This document shows positions 36,901 through 47,870 of a stretch of 64,000 nucleotides of DNA, piece after piece (position 1 is the stretch's first letter; each line of letters begins with the position of its first letter). The notes beneath the pieces were generated by a model. That model saw nothing but the letters and a program-made list of their open reading frames with translations, was not told the DNA's origin and ran no database searches. Position numbers and translations under genes: made by a program. The DNA is from Diadema antillarum (Eukaryota). The stretch is taken from the NCBI RefSeq assembly GCF_040938485.1, contig NW_027271101.1:186001-250000 (forward strand), in the 5' to 3' direction.

Positions 36901-39900
36901 CACTTGGATGCTCTTGGAAATGCAAATTAATGTGTGAACACAATAGACAAAACTTGGAGGGAAGAGATTTCTGACATGCTCTACAAAATTTCTCATTTCT
37001 CTTTGACCACTGAAGCAAATCGAATGGGGTTCTCTGTAAGATGTGGGCAACGAGTTATAGTTTCATACACTGAAATTGTTTTTGGATTGATTCACTATTT
37101 TTAAAGCTATCATTGCAGAGGGTACCGTTGTATTTTTTTTTTTTTTTGGACATACGGTACAGTCTCACTCTATAACATTTCACAGCCTAAACAACTTGCA
37201 TTTGTGTCCCTAAAGTCCATTGGAAGGTGCTTGAAGACACTGTTTGTAGATTGTAGATATGCGTTCTAGGTTGTTCTCAGCCTTAAAGCATCCATAGATG
37301 ATGATTGATATTCCTTTGTTGCGTTTCCATTTGTTTAGAACGAAAGACCACACAGACATTGTCGCCTTGAACTTTGGTAGTCTTGGTTCATCAGACCCCG
37401 ACGAGAGTATCGTGTCACTGGCAGCTGACAGGTAAAACTATCAAGTGATGTAGAGATTTCTTTTTGCACATGCTTTCTTGATATTTAATGTCAATGTCTT
37501 TCTGTCAGTCACTCTATCTATTTACCTCTACATATTTATCCATGTAGCTGTCTGTTAATTTATTTATTTCTATGAATTTAGCTATCTGTCCTTCCATCTA
37601 TCAATATTTATCTGCTGGTCTCTCCATCTTTTCATTTATCTCTGTATATATTGGTGTATTTGTATGTATCTATCTTTCTTTCTGTCTATCAATTTCTCAC
37701 CTCTACTTCTACCTAGGTATGTTGATATATTGTGATTTTTGAGGTTTCAATTTTCTTCACTTTGTCTCTCTCTAACACATGAAATTTGTCAGATCGCAAC
37801 TGCTGATCTGTAATTTAACAATTTTGGAGTTTGGGTAAGTGTTCCAAGTTCATCGTGTCACTGCCAGCAACCAGGGATAGCCTTGTGGTAGTGTCACTGC
37901 CCGGAAAGCAGTAGATGACAGGTTTGAGTCATGTGGTTCCTTTTTTCTGACGTGTTTGTTGAATTACACATCAACAGTTGCGATCTTACAAAATTTCAGA
38001 GGGAGACAAATTGAAGAAAATTGAAACCTCGACCTTCACCCCTCCACTTACTATTCTCTTGCAATGTGATTTTTGTCACCTCATTCATTTGATATACTCT
38101 GTTTTATTGTAATCTTTCAGCCATCTAGTCCTGGATGCAGCTTTTTATGGTGACCACTCATTGTCCATCCTCCTACAAGAGGTCAAGGAAGACGGTGCTG
38201 GGGGCAGCCCCAAGCCTGTCCTCTGCCAGCTCTCTCTGGAAGCCCTCCAGGGTCAGGCCGACTTCACCCCACTGTCGGAGGTCAAAGGTCACCTCTCTGA
38301 GGTCACTAATCTGTAAGCATAAGACCTGCAAAGGCTCTTTGTTGTTCCCTTGATGGACTTCCACTCTATGCCTATGTGTTGATATCTTTTCTTTTGCCTT
38401 TATTGCTACTGTCTTGGTTTGACAAATGGTGTCTAACAAAAGAAACTTTCAAGGGTATATGTGTACATAGTAAAACATGCATACTGAGTAAAAAATACAA
38501 CAGTATAGTATATTTACATAATTGATTGTACATTATCCATGCATATGGTATGTACCACTTGGCAAGTGTACCAATAAGGGTTCCTGACTGTACAAATATG
38601 TATTTTCATTTCAACATATTTGATATGTTTTCTTCATGTTCAATGCATTATTTTAGGTAAGTTTCTGTTAGTTAGATTTCAAACTTTTTTGCTGACATAA
38701 GAAGTCACTACACATTTAAACAATACTTGATAAAATGGTACTTGCCACAACTTTGCTTGATTCATGGACACATTTGGGCTTGTGCTCTAATTGACTTACT
38801 GTTCTATGCATTGTGTGGTGTGCCTACTTCATACTGTTTCCTAAGTATTACTAGTTACCTCAGGTGAGCCGCAATAGAGCTAAAGCGACTGTTTTGCTGT
38901 TGAATGGCCTTGATCTGGCCCTGTTACTGCTGAGAAAACCTAAATGCTGATAATCTTCAGCTCCAGCATGAATGACATTGAGGTGTTAGCATCTTGTTGT
39001 TGAAAATCTCAACTAATTGGGCTCATGGGGGGTTGACAAGCACTCCAATCTGATATCGAATTACACACTCTGTTCCCAGCCCTACATTTGATGCTGGCCC
39101 ACTGGTGATGTTCCGGAGAATGGATAACATGAGGGCATGTCGTCTGGCGGTCAGCGGGTCCAGGAAGGTTGCTTGTGTGGTGAGTACCTGCACCCCCCCC
39201 CCCCTCCCTACTTAACCACACACTTCCACCTACCCGATATCTGCCTGTGACAAAAATAATTGAATCAGAGTCTGAGGAGCCAAGACTACTTGAGGTCGTG
39301 CAATACTTGTGTGGTCTTTGGTCTGTGAAAGTGAAAACAAACAACAGAAATAATGAGGATAAACAAGAATCCCTTTGCATGCAGTAACCAGTAACATTGT
39401 CATCTCTATGGGAATTCCCCTTTCTCAGGTAAATCTTGATAGATTTTTACAGATGCTTTTTGGGGTGGAGTGACATAGTTATAATCAAATCCCATTTGCT
39501 CCTGTGTGTTGGAAACAAAGGAGAAAAAACAAGGAAAAGTAGAAATTACGCGGTGCATAATATATGTCCCCGCCGGAAGTAGCATTTAGTAGCAAAATGT
39601 ACAATATAGGTAAAAAGATGAAGGTCAAAGGTCAAAGAAGTCAAAGGTCAAAATTCTATGTAGAAGTTTTGAAGCCCTCACCTAGTGCCATCACATAAAG
39701 CAAACGGAATCGAAATCGGGTTAGAAATGGCGAAAGAGTAGCATTTGGTAGCAAAATGTACAATACAGGTCAAAAATCAAGGTCAAAGGTCAAAGAAGTC
39801 AAAGGTCAAAATTCTGTGTAGAAGTTTTGAAGCCCTCACCTAGTGCCATCACTTAAAGCAAACGGAATTGAAATCGGGTTACAAATGGCGAAGGAGTAGC

Positions 39901-41205
39901 ATTTTGTAGCAAAATGTACAATATAGGTCAAAAATCAAGGTCAAAGGTCAAAGAAGTCAAAGGTCAAAATTCTGTGTAGAAGTTTTGAAGCCCTCACCTA
40001 GTGCCATCATGTAAAGCAAACGGAATCAAAATCGGGTTAGAAATGGCGAAGGAGTAGCATTTTGTAGCAAAATGTACAATATAGGTCAAAGGTCAAGGTC
40101 AAAGGTCACAACTGAAATTCTGTATAGAAGTTTCAAAGCTCCCATGTAGTGCTATCATATAAAGCAAACAGAATCAAAATCGGGTTAGAAATGGCGAAGG
40201 AGTAGCATTTTGAACATTTTGATCACACACGGACGCACACACGGACGGACACACGGACGGACGGACGGACACACGGACGGACGGACACACGGACATACAC
40301 ACGTACGGAGCCCGTTTCATAGTCCCCTGCTCGAACTCGTTCGGCGGGGACAATAAAAAAGCAAAAATACTTAACATTGCATGAAAAAAATTTATCTATA
40401 ATACCATACTGGATTACAGTATCACAGATTACTCCTTCCTGATCAGATATTCTTTTTTATATATGAATGAATACTTCACAAAACCGATGCAAAGTTGAAG
40501 TGCAGACCCAGTGTAGACTGTCATTACACAGAGATAATAACTGTTACCTTTTTTTTTTTTTTTGGTACTATTTTTGTATGTATGTGTGTGTGTGTGTGTG
40601 TATGTGTGTGTGTTTTTTGTTGGTTTTTTTTTAACAGGAAATACAGCAGGTTTCATTGAAAATGCTGGTTTTCCCAAATTGTATTACTATACATGTCTAT
40701 TGCAAGGAAGGTAAAACCACCAAACAGTATGCCTTTTCAACATTCAGAATGCTACAATGCTCTTTACAGGATTGGCATTCCTGATTACTTGCCAGTCAGT
40801 CAGATCATTTAGTTTGAAGGGTAGAGCTTTTCCACATTCTCTTCATTTCAATCTGTTTACCAGTAAAGTCGATGCCAAAGTCCGACAGAAGTGTTGCATG
40901 TTTTAACTCTGCACCAGATGAAGGCCACATTCAGGTGCTTAAAAGTCAATCAAACTGATCCAAACTAATGAGTTATATACCATACCATACCAGACTGGGA
41001 GTGTCTGAGAGCTCTGTAGAGATAGCAAAGCCTCACTCTGTGTCGTATTTCTTTGTTGTGACAGCTGTTCTCCAACCAGAGGCGGGTACGCCTGTTCGAT
41101 ATGGACGCCGAGGATGAAGGGGAGGACGAGGACGATGAAGAGGAGGCGGAGCTCGACGACTCCTCCATGCTGGTGGCAGAAGATACTGGTAATGCCGACG
41201 ACTGA
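18000..41205 (+). CDS. ANAPC4: Anaphase-promoting complex subunit 4 (APC4), 20 coding exons, about 795 aa
   Basis: Exons 18000-18110, 19447-19558, 23636-23882, 24333-24398, 24970-25078, 25800-25910, 26391-26474, 27998-28084, 28839-29026, 29652-29752, 30439-30490, 31553-31655, 33152-33208, 34111-34350, 35297-35388, 35800-35901, 37339-37431, 38121-38312, 39080-39179, 41065-41205. All GT-AG, phases consistent, 2388 nt. Motifs recognised from human APC4: WSPKMDLIALSN, LAWRPDGK, FLPKLPSL, DEFLQLLLWGKAS, KGLKKLDQS, LFHLSELKGMA, VGSFMLKANELLQVI, KNFKAFFRWLY, ERVGQYL, LDAAFY, SGSRKVACV, RVRLFDMD plus an acidic tail. Confidence 0.97.
19044..19250. mobile_element. Abundant TA|CTGTAAAA...TTTTACAG|TA MITE family (Tc1/mariner-like); best copy
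   Basis: TIR and TA TSD, with internal TTTCGCG/CGCGAAA repeats. Related copies at about 7753-7918, 30768-30955, 32352-32540, 42810-43032, 46798-47080 (with a nested piggyBac-like mini-MITE), 47450-47673 and 63593-63798. Confidence 0.8.
19625..19900 (-). mobile_element. 3' end of an L2/Crack-type LINE (or LINE-tailed SINE)
   Basis: Minus strand reads GGACCTGCGGCTGTACAAGCTAATGCTTTTACGCAGGCCCC ... AATAAATTGAAATGAAATGAAAAATGAAAT: a stem-loop, a poly(A) signal and a (TGAAA)n tail. Confidence 0.55.
19942..20478. mobile_element. Kolobok-like long-TIR MITE, right end truncated (related copy about 43150-43540)
   Basis: TTAA|AGGGAACG left end. Long diverged inverted arms (GTAGAACACATCAGTGAAAGTTTGAGGAAAATTGGAC / GTCCGATTTTCCTCAAATTTTCACTGATGTGTTCTAC). 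Confidence 0.65.
20924..22610 (-). mobile_element. 5'-truncated non-LTR retrotransposon (L2/CR1 group, Crack/Daphne-like) RT, one frameshift
   Basis: ORF 20924-22294 has YRPISLL, QFGFR, FLDFSKAFDTIDH, GVPQGSLLGPLLF, FADDT, KFLGLHID and YWNELP. The upstream ORF 22291-22644 supplies the linker (FNDFFVNIG, KKSSGYDGI). A one-base deficit in the A-run at 22294-22298 separates the two. No endonuclease domain. Antisense in ANAPC4 intron 2. Confidence 0.93.
23277..23573. other. Assembly gap (297 N)
   Basis: Run of N. Confidence 1.
25428..25607. mobile_element. Tc1/mariner-type MITE
   Basis: TA|CAGTCAAACC ... GGTTTGACTG|TA with internal CTATAGAC repeats. Confidence 0.75.
27220..27355. repeat. Element containing degenerate (TTAGGG)-like repeats
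   Basis: AGGACAATT..GGGTTAGGGTTAGGTTTAGG..AATTGTCCT. A related inverted copy lies at 27692-27932. Confidence 0.55.
27497..27691. other. Assembly gap (195 N)
   Basis: Run of N. Confidence 1.
27692..27932. repeat. Element containing degenerate (CCCTAA)-like repeats and a poly-G tract
   Basis: GGGCAATTACCCCC..CTAACCCTAATCCTAA..ACCTAACCCTAACCC..TAATTGCCC(G)nTAATCGTCCT. Confidence 0.55.
31647..32294 (+). repeat. 18-bp minisatellite, 36 units, spanning the ANAPC4 exon 12 / intron 12 junction
   Basis: Unit GT(T/C)AGCAGA|GTGAGTT(G/T)T; 648 bp = 36 x 18. The first unit contains the exon-12 donor at 31655/31656. Confidence 0.98.
34757..34928. mobile_element. hAT-like MITE
   Basis: CAGCGCTGCACGCT ... 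AGTGCGCAGCCCTG ends with GACCAGT subterminal repeats. The TSD is only imperfect. Confidence 0.5.
36697..37157. mobile_element. Tc1/mariner-type MITE
   Basis: TA|CAGTATGTCCCAAAAAAAATTACA ... TGTATTTTTTT..TTGGACATACGG|TA. Confidence 0.7.
37758..38010. mobile_element. Diverged MITE
   Basis: GAAATTTGTCAGATCGCAACTGCTGATCTGTAATT pairs imperfectly with AATTACACATCAACAGTTGCGATCTTACAAAATTTC. Confidence 0.55.
39528..40356 (+). mobile_element. Complete HINE/pearl-like element with internal tandem array of about 158 bp
   Basis: Starts AACAAG. Subterminal IR TGTCCCCGCCG (39565-39575) / CGGCGGGGACA (40342-40352). Core units start at 39579, 39738, 39896, 40054 and 40202. (ACGG)n at 40228-40307. 3' hairpin GTCCCC..GGGGAC followed by an A-rich flank. 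Confidence 0.8.
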
Positions 41206-42717
41206 CATGCCCTCGGATCAAGGTTCATGCTTTTCCAGCATTGTGGCTGACTTTCACCTGATAGGATGCCTCTCCACCATTGAGTTATGCTGATCTCTAC
41301 CCAGGAGAAAATGCAGGAGCCCTAGCAAAGAAGTAATGTGCTGGCTGGATTTCTACGCATGCAGACATCGCGGTGATGGGTCTTCAGGTTGGCAGGATGG
41401 CAGGATTTTTCTTCAAGAACCTTAATGAATGGAGCTATCGCCAACGTCATCTTGATAGTGACAGATTTTGATATCAGCTTCCCAGCTCATGCGGATGAAA
41501 CTTTGCAATCAGTGAAATGAGAAACAACAATCGAGATTGGTGCACGTGCACTACTCAGATGCACAAAGTCTGCATGTGTGCATCACATTGTCCTGTGTGA
41601 CCAAAGAACCAATCAGTGGCTCACCTGCCAAGTGTCACGCATGGGAAAGCAAGAAAGAAGTTATTGGAAGACAGCATCCACATTAAACTTTCTTGTGTCC
41701 ATTTATATTCAGATTTTCGTGCCAAGTCACAAACTGTGCCACGGGTCACTTGAGAAGTATCCTTCAGAAATATTTTTATTTTCAACTGGCTTTGATTAGT
41801 TCCATCTAGTTCCTTCCTCTGTGTCACACTGTTTCAGTCTACTTTTCCAATGCAGAATGTGGGCACTGCCAGGGTGCCACAAATTTTCATGAAACTGAAG
41901 AGAGCTTGACATTTCAACAACAAAAAAAGAGAAAAAGAAAAAAGAATAAACAAACTGGTAAAGATGCATTTTGTCACTGCAGCCAGGATTGTTACAGCTT
42001 ACTGGCTGTGATAATTGCATTAAAACATGAGAATGTAAACCCTAGATGTTACCAGCCTTGATGGGATGAAGCAGTCAAATGTATTCGTAGATGTCCAAGT
42101 GCTTTCTCAGTTGCCATTGTCAAACTGGAAGCTAATTACAATCTCAACCTTGCTAGTATTGTCCTGAGCCCAAATGTGACACACTGCTGCAATGTTGTGG
42201 ATTTGAATACAAAAGGGAGTATGTAACACCATGCCTCTACAAGATGTGCAGGCACACAAAGCATTGAAATATAACGTTGCTGGGGTGACAAGATGTTGTA
42301 TCTCAAATTTTGGTTAAAATGACTTTCTTTGATTAATGGCCAGATAATCAGTTCAGTGATGTCCTGTCCAAATCTTAGCTTTCTTACCCCAAAAATGAAG
42401 CCACCATAGCATGTCAAATGAAAGGCTATCCCATTTGATATAGTGCTTTGGCTGCCATGTTGTTGTTGTTGTTGGTTTTTTTGCTCTCCTGAACATTTGA
42501 CATTTTGTAGATACGAGGTCTTGTCGCCCCAGCGACGATTAGTTACATGTGAGGTCATTGTCTCTCAGCATGGTTGAAGACTAGGAAGGATTTGTCCTGT
42601 ATAGCATAGCTGTGAATGTGTGATAAAGACTTTATCTGTATTGCTATCCCACACCTTTTGAGATTAGATGCATTTCACTCGGGAGCATAGCTGTGTTTGT
42701 GTCAGTCTGTTGGTAAA

Positions 42718-42752
<35 letters not shown>

Positions 42753-45132
42753 CAAAGTGAGTTTTGAGTGTCAGTTGGTTAGTGTGTGTGCATGCATGTA
42801 CACGTGTTGCTGTGCAAAAGCTGTGATTTTCGCATACAGATATTTTTGCAAATGAGGTCACAGACATTTTTGCGAGATTTTGTTTTTGCGCTTTGAAACC
42901 GAGGCACTAATGCTATAAAAATGTAATTACGATCAAGTGGTGACATTTTCGCGTGTTGTTAAATTTGCGTCCCAAAAATGATTTGCACAATTTGCAAAAA
43001 ATTGAACTGTCGCTTTAATAACAGGCTGTATAGTAAATGAACCATTGATATAGCAATCATACAATCAAAATGATGGGCACTGTATGATGAGGAGACTGAA
43101 AATCATAGTTACAATGCTAACGGCTTCCATGGCTACAACATGGCAATGGAGAAAGAAACTCAAATATATGTGAATTGAGAAAATGTAGCAGTATTCGTAG
43201 AACACATCAGTGAAAGTTTGAGGAAACTTGGACATCCATGAAAAAGTTTTGGTGTTGCTATCACTGGATGAGAACACCATGTGACATCATGTATGGAAAG
43301 TAATATTAAGAAAATGTAAAGAAAACTCAATAAATCTTTAAATTTTGTGGAATTCTCTTTGTATCATTTTCCATCATGTGACATCACACACTGTTGGTCC
43401 TTCATCTAGCAATGGCTGCATCGAAACTTTAAAAGATTCATAACTTTTCAACAGGTTGTCTGATTTTCCTTAAACCTAGCTGATGTGCTCTACTAATTTG
43501 CTGCATTCACTCAATCCACATGTATTTTCAATTTCATTCTCCTCTGAGAGTGTACTATAAACCAGGGCCCTGATGATTAACAGTACAGCCAAATATCACG
43601 AAGTCACACAGGTCTAAAAGGTTGAAAGCCTCAAAGAGCGTATTGCTGGTGTTTTTATTATTTCTTCAGCAAAACAAAGGATATTACACAATATTCTACA
43701 GAAATGGTCAACACAAAATATCAAAAGGTAGATAGTCTCTGTACATGGCAGGATAGCATGAGCTCACAAAATAGAGAAAATATGAAATGCACAAGGGACT
43801 TACACACATACACACATGATAGAAACTTGTAACAGCAGGCATATATACTTTACAAAGAAGAGACTCCTCGAGAATTTTCAACTGATGGCATTTCCAAGTA
43901 CTCTAAACAGGTAGAAACAGTATTTGCTGAAGTTAGCATCAAACCTGTTTTGTGAAAGTGACTGTTCAGCAACAGTAGAATCTGCAAGTTACTTGTTCAG
44001 TTTTGTTACTTTTACATGCATTTCAATCTCAAAAGTGACAAAAGGATCTCTAAAAAGGAGAATTTACTATCAGATTTGTTTGTTCATGCTGTTTTGTTAA
44101 AAGAGCAAGTCTCCATGGGCATAAGGACCTCATATTCCCCAACAATAAGAAATCCATGAGAGATTCCCCTCCGCATACAGTCTTAAGCGGACTCGATCAT
44201 CATTTAAGGTTTGTGACAAGTAAATAATGCGGTGAAAGAAACTCACACAAGGCATTGCTTTAACACATTTTCAAGTACTAATGGACGGAATTTAATTCCC
44301 CTTGTTAAGTCGATGTTGCACAAAATCTGCGAAAGGGGTAATACACCTGGGTTGCACAATTCTTCATTTGCTTGGCATCTTACATTTTTAGAAATGCAGC
44401 CACTCTTGGCAGTGCAGATCAAAAGAAATAGCAACATTTCATCCTGTTAGTGGAAAAAGGTACAAATTTTCCTTCTTATTTTGTTGTTGTTGTTGTATTG
44501 TTTGTCAGGTGGCACCCTGAGTGAAACATTAATGTTAAATGCATGTGTATTGAGTGCACGTTTTCTCCAAATACGAATATATATTTCAGCCTTGTGCTAC
44601 CCCTTATAGTTTGAATATTGCATAACATACACTGTAAAGTCAAGCGCCATATTAGAAACAGCACATATAATCAGCCTTGCATATAACACAACGTGTATTC
44701 TCTGTATGTGCTCTGTACACCACACACCAAAATATGATACGATTTTTCAATACCTACAACAATCCAACCTTAAAAAAACATTTCAAGCAAAAATGCTATG
44801 GACGGCCTATCATGATTCAGGTAAAAAAAATGGCTTGTTCAATGTCAGTGTTCACGGTCATGATGTCGCACCAAGTACTCCATAAATGGATCATACATAT
44901 TCAAGGACCTAATGAATATTTCAAGTACTGGTAGTGCAGCATGGGCAGAATCACATTTTTCTCTGAGATTCAAGTTGATATGAACAGGACTCAAGGTGAC
45001 GGATGAAGGCAAAGTACCAGACAGCCTCTGGTAATAATATGAAGCATTCCATAATAATCTGATAGTTTTCAATCTCTCCCCCTCTATCTCTGTTGGATCT
45101 TGCATAGTATTTAGCCTCTGAAAGACAAAAGA

Positions 45133-45277
45133 GGGGGGTGTTTCATCAACGTTTGTTGATGAAACCTCAATCTCAGCAAAATCCTTGGTTTTGATTGGCT
45201 GAGATAGCTCTGGTCACTGACTGTTACTATGGTGATTCAAGTTGTCAGCGCTGACAAACGTTGATGAAACACCCCCC
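45133..45277. mobile_element. Short palindromic MITE (Harbinger-like GGG ends)
   Basis: GGGGGGTGTTTCATCAACGTTTGT ... ACAAACGTTGATGAAACACCCCCC. Confidence 0.7.
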
Positions 45278-47870
45278 AGGTCATAACACTTGTTGACAGT
45301 TTTCATGTAGTCCATCCAACCAAGAAGGAATCACTTTCCCATTTTGAGGACTTCTAATATTTAAGTTTCTACAAGCATTAAACTCATTCTAATTCCAATT
45401 TGAGGACTTTATGAATGTATAAATTGTACATACAGTGAACATACATTATAAATCAAATGCAGATCTTTTCTTTCTTTCTCTCTCTAAGATGTATTACGAA
45501 AGTATGGGCAATGGAATAATCTTTTGGTTTAGTGTCTTAAGTTAATTGTTTTTCTGTTTAGCATGCTAATCCTGAATAAGCTTTATGTCTATTGAAAATT
45601 TCTGTTGGAAAAAGAACATACACACATTTCACGTAAATGTAATGCACACATCCTAAGAATACTGTTTGTTTTGTTTTGCTTTCCATTCATAGTAACTTCA
45701 AATAAAGCTTCTTCCTTTTTTTTTCCCATCAAGAGCTTTTGCTATCAATTCTAATCTATCTAAATTTTTATGGAATTTACCACTGCACGTATTCAAAGCA
45801 ATCACAGTGACACAGAATCTAATACTCGTATATTGTTGTTTAAATACTACAAGTATTCTACATTCTGTTCCATGATGCCACGGAATTGATTAACACATTT
45901 GATGATAATGATATAAAAAATACACTGATTACAAAGTCATAAATAGGTGCAAAAAGCCACTGCTGAGTATTTTCAGATATACAAAATATTGCCCCTGTAA
46001 TTTCGTCAGCATGATCATCACTATGTGCAGTAGTATAAAAGATCGAGTAGATATTTGCACATGCTGGTAATATATACTTTAATCCATATTAATGAATCTC
46101 AAATTTCTAACAAGATCACATACATAGAAATGCACACTGATATTGAAAAGGTAAAAAAAAACAACAAACAACTCAATGCAATTATTCACATCCCTCTATA
46201 TCCTCTATAAGTTCGGCACATCAATGCAATAGATCTGTACGCAAATCAAATATTACTCTGCATATTTAGCTATGAAACATCACAAATGAATACAAGGCTA
46301 TCACTTCATAGAAACTGGAATGAAAGACCGGCTAGAAGACGGATTTCTGATATCTAAATCGCTGTAAGAATTTGGCATTTCTACAAAATTATATACAGTT
46401 AGCATGAGATGGTGGCTTCTGAGCATCAAGGTGTGCGTTTTACTGCATAGAAAGTGGTAGAAATTAGAGGATAAAGACATCTCCATGGAATTCAGCCTCT
46501 CTCCAGTATTGCTTCATAGCTATGGCAGGCTTTTTGACAAGGTTGCGAGTAAACCTCAACAAGGTGATAAATGGCCTGAAAGCCTTTGAGTCACATGGTC
46601 ATAAATGAATCTTTTACATGGTAGCTTAAAATTTCCTTACAATAGCTTTCAATACACTCTGCAAGTTTGATTCTTTGCTACTGAACAAACATGAACCCAA
46701 TACAATAATAATAAAAAAAAAACTTTTCCTATCAACTGCAAGACCTTGTACTGTTCTAAATGTTTTGGAAGAAGCTCTGTTATGGTATTGTTACATACTG
46801 CAAAAAGGGTTATTTTTGCGCTCAGCTGGGTAAGATGACTTTTGCGTGTTTTTAATTCTGCAGAATCGAGTCATTTATGAACCCGTTGAGGATGAGTCCC
46901 GAGTATATTCGGGGCAGGTGTCCATGGGAAATGCATGTTGTAACAAAATCAGTCCATCCTCAACGGGTTAATGGACCACAGACATGTAAAAATATTCGCG
47001 TGTTCTTTATTTTCGCACTAGTTTCTGGTTGCGCAAAATGCGTGAAAATTTCCACGTGGTGAAAATGTCCACTTTTACAGCAATGATTTTAGTGTTGCGC
47101 TGTCTTCAGAAGACTTTGACACGACACGTGTACATCATGTCTTGGTCATTATAACAACGTTCATACATCGACAGACTGTGTCTGTAGGACACTCTGATGC
47201 CCCGTACCAAATACCAGACACTGGGGTATTTCTTCTACCAACAGCCACGCTGCATTGTTCCCATTGATTCCTATCAATCTCATCAATCTGATCTTCAAAT
47301 GTCGTGAACTGCAAAGGATGCTATATGTGGGACTGACTATTCAGTAAATTCACAATGGTCTGCCATGGAAGTACAAACAAAAAGTCGAGAACCTATTTCA
47401 GCAGAACATTCGGTTGAGACACTTGTTAGCATCGAAAAATCACGGCGCACTGTGTATATGCTGTTATTTTCGCATACAAATATTTTCACAATTGAGGAAG
47501 TCACCGACATTTTCACGAGATGTTGTTTTCACAAATTGACACGGAGGCCATCATAAGCACACCATTACCCTTGCGCATGGAGACATTTTCGCTTGTTGTT
47601 ACATTTGCGGTCCGACTGGTATTCGCGAAATTCGTGAAAACTTAAACCCTCGCGAAAATAACAGCTTATACAGTAAGTGGATAGATTTCTGCCCCGGATT
47701 TGGAGTTACGCCCATCTGTCACTAAACCAGCACCATCGTCATCACGTCATCAACAGATCCAAGTTTGAAGTGGTGGAGCCATGTTGGTAATGGTGGCAGT
47801 GGTGGTGGTGGTGGTGGCAGTGGAAGAAGCTCTCTCTCTCTCTTTTTCACAGGGCATCCATGAATTCTAC

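Noticed and set aside
42136-42558. 140-aa minus-strand ORF between the convergent genes
   Set aside because: It has AT-rich, UTR-like composition, no motif, and no supportable splice context.
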